From assembly GCF_006345805.1 (NCBI RefSeq), contig NC_043020.1:8308001-8372000 (forward strand): a DNA stretch of 64,000 nucleotides, in the 5' to 3' direction. Numbering within the stretch: the stretch's first letter is position 1; each line of letters opens with the position of its first letter. The stretch comes from Octopus sinensis. Lineage: Eukaryota. Positions 60,878-64,000 of the stretch are shown piece by piece. A model generated the notes under the pieces. The model saw nothing but the letters and a program-made list of their open reading frames with translations, was not told the DNA's origin and did no database searches. The translations under genes were made by a program, and so were the position numbers.

Positions 60878-63359
60878 TACGACGGGCTTCATTCAGTTTC
60901 CGTCTACCAAATCCACTCAAAAGGCTTTGGTCGGCCCGAGGCTATAGTAGAAGACACTTGCCCAAGGTGCCACGCAGTGGGACTAAACCTAGAACCATGT
61001 GGTTGGTAAACAAGCTACTTACCACACAGCCACTCCTTTTTTTCAGAATGAGATGAAAAACCAAGGCTGAGAAGATTTTAGAACATTTATAGATAGAAGG
61101 TCTTACAGCTGTTTCCAGGATATTTATTATATCCCTTTATCGGAGACGGTGTGAGAAATGGTTAAGCAAATGAGGACATCTCAACCCGCATATCTGACCT
61201 CTCTTCCACTGAGGAAATTTTCAATAATCACGCACCATATTATAATCAAGCACTCACCGCTAGCGGATTTTCCCAACAAATAGAATACACCAGGCTCAAA
61301 CACCAGGCTCAAACAATACATAACACCAGGCTCAAACAATACATGTCTCAAATCACATCTCAAACACGTACCAACCATCACAATCGCACAGCCTTGGTTT
61401 TATATCTCATTCAGATATGATGGCAGTACTTTATTGTTTGTTCCTTCTCGAGCCATCCCTGGCTCATTAAGGCCAGTTTCCTTGGCATATAGGTTCCCCA
61501 CCTGGACGGGATGCTGGTCCGCCGCAAGTGAGCTACAAGATGCAGGAGGAAAGAGTCAGCAGAAGTTTGCCATTACCTCCTGCCGGAGCCACATGGACCT
61601 TAGTGTTTCACTCATAAACACACACATCGCCTGGTCTAGGATTCGAACCCGTGATCCCTCGACTGTGAGTCCGCTGCTCTAACCACTAGGCCATGGGCCT
61701 CCACCAGTACTTTACTGCGGGTCTCATATTAATTTTGTAAAGGGTCATTACTTATTTGAGAGCCCGAATATTTTTTTATTGTTGTTTTGTTTTGTTTATT
61801 TTGTTTATTTATATTTCATTTGTTCCACTTCACTGACCCTGACCCTGGCTGCACATCATTTAGGCTGGCTATTGAATACCTCCAGAACTTTTCTGATACA
61901 AGTCCTAATGTGCAGACTGCTGTGAAGTTGGTTGAAATTCTCATTACCCTGGTTGAGAAAGGGGCCCCTGAATACTGCCATAAACCTGGTAAGCCAAGCA
62001 CTTCCTCCTCCTTTTTCCTCTTCTCCCTCTGCTTTCTCTTCTTCCCCTTCCTCTTCTTCCTCCCTTTCCACTTCTTCCTCCTCTTCTCGTCTCCCTCTTT
62101 TTTGTCTTCTTCCTCTTCCACCTCTGTCTCTTCTTTTTCTTCCTCTTCCTCCGCTTCCTTTTCTTCCCCTTCTTTTACTTCCTCTTCTTCCTCCCCTTCC
62201 ACTTCTTCGTCCTCTTCCTCTTCTCCCTCTTTTTTGCCTCCCCTTCCACTTCTTCCTCTTTTTCCTCCTCTTTTCTCCCTCTTTTTTGCCTCCCTTCCTC
62301 TTCTGCCTCCCCTTCCACTTCTTCCTCCTTCCTCTTTTTTGCCTTCTTCCTCTTCCCCATCCACTTCTGTCTCCTCTTCCTACTATTCTTTTTCTCTTTT
62401 CCTCCCCTTCCTCCCCACACTTTTCCACAGTAAACAGTGTGTCTTAAAGTAGACTTAGCATAAATCAGAGTTTGTAACTGTCTGAGTTAAAAAGAACCGT
62501 TGGATGGTAATAATGGCCAAAGATGATGCCAGCACGGAAAACAGACATTGCAGAAGGATGATAATGATCCTGGTAGGTATTGAACCTCTGACTGTATCCA
62601 CTCTGAGAGACATTGATCAAATTATTTATTTACATATTTACTATAGATGTGGCTGTGTGGTAAGAAGCTTGCTTCCCAACCACATAGTTGATGTTCAGTC
62701 CTACTGAATGGCACCTTGGACAAGTGTCTTTCTTCTATAGCCTCAGGCCAACCAAAGTCTTTGTGAGTTGATTTGATAGATAGAAACCGAAAGAAGCCCA
62801 CTGTACATGTGTGTTTGTTTGTCTGTGTTTTTTCCTCACCCACCGCTTGACAACTGGTGTTGGTGGGTTTACATCCCCATAACTGAGCAGTTCAGCAAAA
62901 GTGACTGGTAAAATAAGCACCAGGTTAAAAAAAAAAGTACTGGGGGTCAATTCTTTCAATTAGAAATAATTCTTCAAGGCGGTGCCCCAGCATGGCCACA
63001 GTCCAATGACTGAGACAAGTAAAAGGTGAACAATATTTCATAAAGGTTCTTCATTTTTTTTTTTACATATGCATAGCTGTGTGGTTAGGAAGCTTGCTTC
63101 CCAGCCGTGTGGTTTTGGGTTCAATCCCATTACATGGCAAATATCTTCTTTAAGCCCCAGACCAACCATTTTGCTCTCTCATCCACATTTTCTTCCACTA
63201 TTCTTCTCTCTTTTTCATTTCCTTTATGTTCACCTTCCTGAATAATCTTCTTCGTCCAGCGGAACTGGCTGAATCCTTCCTCCACAGAGCCTGGCTCACT
63301 CCCACTGGTGCACGAGAAAAAGGAGCCACATTTAACAAATACATTCAGAAGATACTAAA
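13124..63359 (+). CDS. FANCD2: Fanconi anemia group D2 protein orthologue, multi-exon; 34 coding exons in window, 3' end beyond window
   Basis: Spliced exons give one open frame, MLSKKSQKKGKK...GIILKKGD...CLIKLLLEVESLQ...LPVVVKFILQSV...RNKIRAG...DLHIVVKKQL...SPLCLVP...LNWFRE...GYVPP...FLHRAW. This is colinear with human FANCD2 motifs (SLIKLLLGIDILQ, LPVIIKFILHSV, RNKIRSG, DMHLVIRKQL, SPLCLAP, LNWFRE, DYVPP). All introns are GT-AG with matching phases, and many exon lengths equal those I recall for human FANCD2. Confidence 0.97.
13248..13458. mobile_element. piggyBac-type MITE family 1 (another copy ~44485-44705)
   Basis: TTAA|CCCTTTAG...CTAAAGGG|TTAA. Confidence 0.8.
13771..14169 (+). mobile_element. 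Non-autonomous Helitron, second subfamily with different 3' internal segment
   Basis: A|TC start, CTAG|T end; 5' 200 bp matches 7202-7585. Confidence 0.75.
15583..15717 (+). CDS. FANCD2: FANCD2 coding exon 2
   Basis: ttttccag / gtgagt; (R)NATKSKPAEDMEESDTEFSDGTIFCEQLRKSGIILKKGDHNHEL. Confidence 0.92.
16448..16515 (+). CDS. FANCD2: FANCD2 coding exon 3
   Basis: ttacag / gtaatt; (N)VEPTVFYKNLSKALKKHINYPE; 68 nt. Confidence 0.92.
16617..17021 (-). mobile_element. SINE family A copy
   Basis: Full-length reverse-complement copy. Confidence 0.8.
17370..17422 (+). CDS. FANCD2: FANCD2 coding exon 4
   Basis: tttcag / gtgagt; VIDKFLEGLQDYIQIRH. Confidence 0.9.
19328..19369 (+). CDS. FANCD2: FANCD2 coding exon 5
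   Basis: pyrimidine tract+aaag / gtaaga; (R)FIKSLMPCTVAKD; phases 2/2 fit neighbours. Confidence 0.85.
19457..19930. mobile_element. Two tandem piggyBac-type MITEs, family 2 (19457-19678, 19710-19930)
   Basis: Each bounded by TTAA|CCCTTT...AAAGGG|TTAA (the second starts TCCTTT); shared ~220-bp body. Confidence 0.8.
20455..20518 (+). CDS. FANCD2: FANCD2 coding exon 6
   Basis: tttcag / gtcagt; (S)AIKSQRPRCLIKLLLEVESLQ. Confidence 0.93.
20697..22120 (+). repeat. 32-bp minisatellite, 44 full units
   Basis: Unit GACTAGATTTGGGTACCATTTGGTAAGGG(T/C)AT, head-to-tail with no spacers. Confidence 0.97.
22236..22560 (+). mobile_element. tRNA-headed SINE family E (others 33020-33280 -, 34550-34780 +, 46490-46745 +, 61470-61700 -)
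   Basis: Head gaaggcacatggctcagtggttagagtgtc..gagttcgattc followed by cttgagcaagacactt..ccactca. Confidence 0.65.
23180..25110 (+). mobile_element. Cluster of ~7 tRNA-headed SINE family C copies (octopus OR2-like, ~230-270 bp) around exon 7
   Basis: Repeated gagctggcagaa..gagttcaaattc..gtcgactttgcctttcatcc..aagtaccag; many other copies elsewhere (e.g. 9320-9478, 47005-47630, 57830-58055). Confidence 0.75.
24317..24372 (+). CDS. FANCD2: FANCD2 coding exon 7
   Basis: ttgcag / gtaagt; PKLINILLEKLPEFMDED. Confidence 0.93.
25250..25340 (+). CDS. FANCD2: FANCD2 coding exon 8
   Basis: ttccag / gtaagg; (E)SIFSCEESPVNIPRQILTQLQWLENIVNMT. Confidence 0.92.
26355..27993 (-). mobile_element. Three SINE family A copies (26355-26762, 27027-27438, 27600-27993) around exon 9
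   Basis: All on - strand; further copies at 28455-28610 and 29832-30210. Confidence 0.8.
26867..26991 (+). CDS. FANCD2: FANCD2 coding exon 9
   Basis: tgccag / gtaagt; ALREKLMDVLQVTSCEIQREIISCLPEIMDVTEHVNIITVL; 125 nt. Confidence 0.95.
28029..28116 (+). CDS. FANCD2: FANCD2 coding exon 10
   Basis: ctctag / gtaaaa; (K)DLLEQEKSLTVSILDNLSNLVLKEELLAE; 88 nt. Confidence 0.95.
28830..28927 (-). ncRNA. Degenerate type I hammerhead motif (G8A)
   Basis: - strand: TGTAC-CTGATAA-GATCCA...TGGTTC-GAAA-CAACT-GTT^GTACA; perfect 5-bp helix I. Confidence 0.55.
28986..29367 (-). mobile_element. SINE family B copy (others 32132-32513 -, 50876-51255 -, 45188-45447 + truncated, 19135-19251 - head only)
   Basis: Near-identical to 1545-1918. 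Confidence 0.8.
29703..29747 (+). ncRNA. Degenerate minimal hammerhead motif
   Basis: TGTTG-CTGAAGA-G-GTCACA-GATG-TGTGAC-GAAA-GAT-TTC^CAGACA. Confidence 0.5.
30324..30428 (+). CDS. FANCD2: FANCD2 coding exon 11
   Basis: ccccag / gtaagt; VLTSVLQILPSCELDDLPVVVKFILQSVQSKDALS; 105 nt. Confidence 0.95.
31842..31930 (+). CDS. FANCD2: FANCD2 coding exon 12
   Basis: cttcag / gtaggt; VFTEMRNYLQFDSLVPIASSTPLPGPSTS. Confidence 0.92.
33536..34344 (+). repeat. 32-bp minisatellite, 25 units, derived from SINE family C 5' head
   Basis: Unit GGGCAGTGAG(C/A)TG(G/A)AAGAATCGTTAGCCCACG; continues directly into the SINE C body (34345-34520). Confidence 0.93.
35307..35415 (+). CDS. FANCD2: FANCD2 coding exon 13
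   Basis: tttcag / gtctgt; (R)AAPAPEKSTANSELLVMRSINSCLQFEKSLAAPCIK; 109 nt. Confidence 0.92.
36303..36611 (+). CDS. FANCD2: FANCD2 coding exon 14 (large, 309 nt)
   Basis: ccacag / gtaagt; MIEQIHGGSNHQVLDLLLLFLLHS...RNKIRAG...FDRFCQQ. Confidence 0.96.
37645..37702 (-). ncRNA. Type I hammerhead ribozyme-like motif
   Basis: - strand: TCATG-CTGATGA-GAAATTG..CAGTGTTC-T-GAAA-CCTGG-GTA^CACGA; helix I with one mismatch. Confidence 0.6.
37943..38074 (+). CDS. FANCD2: FANCD2 coding exon 15
   Basis: tgtcag / gtttgt; EIIDNLITHIGSGMPSEVDMALNILMNLADTCLNLISPFAIFIK; 132 nt. Confidence 0.96.
38285..38688 (-). mobile_element. SINE family A copy (another at 39990-40390 -)
   Basis: Full-length reverse-complement copy. 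Confidence 0.8.
38720..38827 (+). CDS. FANCD2: FANCD2 coding exon 16
   Basis: caccag / gtaagt; GLLDYFDKLRLSQIRKLYSIISQLAFHSDHDGGHTK. Confidence 0.96.
38898..39119. mobile_element. piggyBac-type MITE family 2 (partial copies ~38140-38260, ~42860-43079)
   Basis: TTAA TSD, CCCTTT TIR, body is the reverse complement of 19457-19678. Confidence 0.8.
39510..39755 (+). mobile_element. CR1-type LINE 3' fragment (same family as 7971-8310)
   Basis: TRGHAYKVRKQHISHDFRKHFFTLRVAEAWNKLP...; shared 3' UTR gttgtagtgcacctgagcactgta. Confidence 0.8.
40485..40534 (+). CDS. FANCD2: FANCD2 coding exon 17, contains predicted monoubiquitination lysine (codon 40509-40511)
   Basis: ttgtag / gtaagt; TDLHIVVKKQLMSNKL aligns to human DDMHLVIRK561QLSSTVF. 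Confidence 0.94.
40692..40751 (+). CDS. FANCD2: FANCD2 coding exon 18
   Basis: ttgaag / gtaagt; (K)YKQNGIIGGVMLVKNLIPV aligns to human YKLIGIIGAVTM. Confidence 0.93.
40712..41295 (+). repeat. Degenerate ~40-bp tandem repeat of the exon 18 3' end and donor site, 14 units
   Basis: Recurring cacacctgtcag|gt(a/g)(a/t)gttgt at ~40-bp spacing. Confidence 0.88.
42195..42282 (-). ncRNA. Type I hammerhead ribozyme motif, canonical core
   Basis: - strand: TTTCC-CTGACGA-G...C-GAAA-CATAT-GTC^GGAAG; helix I TTTCC/GGAAG; long helix II ending in TTATTCC-CTTA-GGAATAA; palindromic helix III ACATATGT. Confidence 0.8.
42381..42475 (+). ncRNA. Type I hammerhead ribozyme motif, sense to FANCD2
   Basis: TTTCC-CTGATGA(42388-42394)-G...T-GAAA(42459-42462)-CATAT-GTC^(42470)GGAAG; G-U at the base of helix II. 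Confidence 0.75.
42635..42791 (+). CDS. FANCD2: FANCD2 coding exon 19
   Basis: caacag / gtgagt; (S)ADNLVTPENVNDAITLLKLMNTSSLQLASARALFMDELSMVITHTKLHPKVE. Confidence 0.94.
43165..43552 (+). mobile_element. 5'-truncated RTE/RTE-X-type LINE 3' end
   Basis: ORF LDGTYTRLLMRAQNLSWKCHPTKMQIYGKLPPVSSLVKGRRVQFAGQC...LLLWKP...DREVWR, stop at 43539-43541, then (TGA)n tail. Confidence 0.8.
43697..43773 (+). CDS. FANCD2: FANCD2 coding exon 20
   Basis: cttcag / gtaaga; EWIEENVIADFQDSYVIDVHDDYLK. Confidence 0.95.
43783..44035 (+). repeat. (ACT/ACC)n degenerate trinucleotide tract
   Basis: Direct inspection. Confidence 0.9.
44799..44930 (+). CDS. FANCD2: FANCD2 coding exon 21
   Basis: cctcag / gtaaag; (K)QTLLPLDFQYSLDDDVEDNVAVIILPLLLYGTASTSPVFDYAE. 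Confidence 0.93.
45381..45778. repeat. Near-perfect inverted repeat, 177-bp arms, 44-bp spacer
   Basis: 45381-45557 vs 45602-45778; one mismatch seen. Confidence 0.95.
45829..46465 (+). mobile_element. Young SINE family A copy (45829-46216) followed by an older 5'-truncated copy (46219-46465)
   Basis: Family A head and tail; the older copy carries private mutations. Confidence 0.75.
47725..47825 (+). CDS. FANCD2: FANCD2 coding exon 22
   Basis: tagtag tandem acceptor / gtaagg; (S)SLSSPLCLVPTLRLLGVQQLQKNNNLDDIMALL; 101 nt. Confidence 0.93.
48123..48162 (-). ncRNA. Degenerate minimal hammerhead motif (GAAA to GATA)
   Basis: - strand: TTTGT-CTGACGA-ACA-GGAA-TGT-GATA-CTCTGA-GTA^ACAG. Confidence 0.5.
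48165..48210 (+). ncRNA. Degenerate minimal hammerhead motif (U4C)
   Basis: AAAACTGT-CCGATGA-GCA-AGAA-TGT-GAAA-CTCTGA-GTA^ACAGTTTT; 8-bp helix I. Confidence 0.55.
50715..50830 (+). CDS. FANCD2: FANCD2 coding exon 23
   Basis: ttctag / gtgagt; (G)CPLCVTTSQVIEKIETLPSAEKEILCSSLFYTLNWFRE; 116 nt. Confidence 0.96.
52143..52251 (+). CDS. FANCD2: FANCD2 coding exon 24
   Basis: ttacag / gtaagt; IINLFSTQSDPEVSGKVILRLKNITETQELLVKCLA; 109 nt. Confidence 0.96.
52699..52843 (+). CDS. FANCD2: FANCD2 coding exon 25
   Basis: ttgcag / gtaaag; (A)TPGYVPPITCFDTDEAPAVVSASKSASAAATGTASTSTTNGSKRAKK. Confidence 0.94.
53310..53355 (+). CDS. FANCD2: FANCD2 coding exon 26
   Basis: ttgtag / gtaagt; (R)KKPNKTSEDSCDAPP; supported mainly by splice signals and phase (2 in, 0 out). 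Confidence 0.78.
54706..54743 (+). ncRNA. Minimal hammerhead motif with extra core A and G16.2A change
   Basis: CCTTT-CTGACGA-A-GAGC-ATAG-GCTC-GAAA-C-ATA^AAAGA. Confidence 0.55.
55008..55108 (+). CDS. FANCD2: FANCD2 coding exon 27
   Basis: ctgcag / gtatgt; ENTSGSGSQVDSSKEGKEGTPNTVDLLSYHQYF. Confidence 0.9.
55237..55308 (+). tRNA. tRNA-Glu(TTC)-derived sequence, acceptor stem disrupted (probable pseudogene/retrocopy)
   Basis: A box TGGTCTAGTGG; anticodon arm CCTGG-CT-TTC-AC-CCAGG (TTC at 55270-55272); T arm CCGGG-TTCAATT-CCCGG; 3' end CATGGGA-A; TTTT at 55316-55319. The first three bases are AAA instead of TCC, so only 4 of 7 acceptor pairs form. Confidence 0.85.
55886..56015 (+). repeat. 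(TA)n followed by (GA)n microsatellite
   Basis: Direct inspection; many shorter TA/CA/GA/CAT microsatellites occur throughout the window. Confidence 0.95.
56418..56499 (+). CDS. FANCD2: FANCD2 coding exon 28
   Basis: taccag / gtttgt; (R)ELTIDVLDILLVGKITSKDLDSQMNTE, cf. human RELDIEVFSIL...DTEMHTE. Confidence 0.94.
56520..57020 (+). repeat. CT-rich polypyrimidine low-complexity tract
   Basis: ~500 bp almost purely C/T on + strand. Confidence 0.95.
57437..57553 (+). CDS. FANCD2: FANCD2 coding exon 29
   Basis: ctgaag / gtaaat; TQREVKIEPPQVEFLLKDLTHKLQHAFQASQPKKIFFSK; 117 nt. Confidence 0.94.
58082..58210 (+). CDS. FANCD2: FANCD2 coding exon 30
   Basis: ttgtag / gtaagt; DTGNKNIGFTLLNQKSPEDVAKKTIHLLPALCQQLEGASAFFQ; 129 nt. 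Confidence 0.96.
58820..59170 (+). mobile_element. SINE family A copy (others 60630-61037 -, 62645-63030 +, 49058-49440 +, 50210-50530 +)
   Basis: Family A consensus match. Confidence 0.75.
59431..59549 (+). CDS. FANCD2: FANCD2 coding exon 31
   Basis: tttcag / gtaaat; ALIASNDGIMDSLCQQTNEVSCVVACFQLLLEVFHSLFS; 119 nt. Confidence 0.95.
60383..60496 (+). CDS. FANCD2: FANCD2 coding exon 32
   Basis: ttccag / gtgagt; (W)KDIDSPKNTKLFNSALSILATRINPSDSTCLPQQQSI. Confidence 0.94.
61100..61147 (-). ncRNA. Degenerate minimal hammerhead motif beside Penelope-like fragment
   Basis: - strand: GTCT-CCGATAA-AG-GGATAT-AATAA-ATATCC-TG-GAAA-CAGCT-GTA^AGAC; palindromic helix III ACAGCTGT. Confidence 0.5.
61185..61420 (+). 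mobile_element. Penelope-like retroelement coding fragment
   Basis: Translates to RISDLSSTEEIFNNHAPYYNQALTASGFSQQIEY..., which resembles the region C-terminal to the PLE reverse transcriptase (from recall); adjacent to an inverted hammerhead-bearing end. Confidence 0.6.
61864..61988 (+). CDS. FANCD2: FANCD2 coding exon 33
   Basis: ttttag / gtaagc; (K)LAIEYLQNFSDTSPNVQTAVKLVEILITLVEKGAPEYCHKP. Confidence 0.94.
62003..62425 (+). repeat. Degenerate CTT/CCT polypyrimidine tract
   Basis: Repeated cttcctcttc / cttccacttcttcctc motifs. Confidence 0.9.
63260..63359 (+). CDS. FANCD2: FANCD2 coding exon 34 (last in window)
   Basis: gtccag / gtaagt; (A)ELAESFLHRAWLTPTGAREKGATFNKYIQKIL. Confidence 0.94.
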
Positions 63360-63604
63360 GTAAGTCCATAGCCAGCTTTTGTATTAAACTACCACCACAA
63401 CCACCACAACCATAAATGGTTATTCTACATTTCTCCATAAGGACCATAGTGCTAGTTTTCTGGTTTCTCTGGCATATCTATTCTCCCACTGGATGGGATG
63501 TCAGTCCATCGTAGGACTGGAACATGAAATGGTTTTGCTCAAGAACACAATGCGTTGCCCAGTCCAAGAATTGAAACCACTGTCATGAGTCTGCTTCTGT
63601 AACC

Positions 63605-63828
63605 TATTTCTTTATTACCCACAAGGGGCTAAACACAGAGGGGACAAACAAGGACAGACATAGGTATTAAGTCGATTACATCGACCCCAGTGCGTAACTG
63701 GTACTTAATTTATCGATCCCGAAAGGATGAAAGGCAAAGTCGACCTCGGCGGAATTTGAACTCACAACGTAACGGCAGACGAAATACCGTTAAGCATTTC
63801 GCCCGGCGTGCTAACGTTTCTGCCAGCT
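63605..63828 (-). mobile_element. Full-length SINE family C copy nested in a family E SINE
   Basis: Flanked by direct repeat CTGTAACC; host SINE spans ~63455-63855 (-). Confidence 0.75.
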
Positions 63829-64000
63829 GCTGTAACCACTAAGCCATGCGTGTCCACACTGTTGCCAATACTAGCAAATGATTTGCAAAACGGCCCCTTA
63901 ACTGAGTGAAGTAGGGTTGTAGTATTGAGGGAAGTGGTTTTATGCCAGGGATTGGAAGGCTAAAGTATGACTGAAGGACAAAGAAAGGCATGTGGCTGTG

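Noticed and set aside
61787-62452. Long ORFs (221/190/182 aa), including Glu/Lys-rich - strand frames
   Set aside because: Only exon 33 is real; the rest is polypyrimidine tract read-through.

Overview
Eukaryotic, AT-rich, SINE- and microsatellite-dense genomic DNA. The repeat content resembles octopus/coleoid cephalopod DNA; the species is an inference. The main feature is a + strand FANCD2 orthologue. I traced 34 phase-consistent GT-AG coding exons by hand from the ATG at 13124 to 63359 (3518 nt, about 1172 codons), and the gene continues past the window. A divergent - strand coiled-coil gene (3 coding exons, possibly CENP-O-like) appears to share a compact E2F/CRE/CHR-type bidirectional promoter at about 8600-8850. 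The introns hold at least four SINE-like families, Helitrons, piggyBac, Tc1-like and MULE-like MITEs, CR1/RTE/Penelope fragments and two 32-bp minisatellites. The most notable unexplained structures are: (1) nine type I hammerhead-ribozyme motifs in FANCD2 introns, including an inverted pair with canonical cores at 42195-42475 and one next to a Penelope-like coding fragment; (2) a 14-copy, ~40-bp array made from an exon/5' splice-site junction just after the monoubiquitination-site region; (3) a 177-bp near-perfect inverted repeat with fold-back and templated-insertion scars at 45.0-46.3 kb; (4) a tRNA-Glu with a broken acceptor stem, lying directly upstream of a retroposon. All alignments, folds and coordinates were done by eye. 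Repeat boundaries are approximate, and family names and human exon sizes are from recall.
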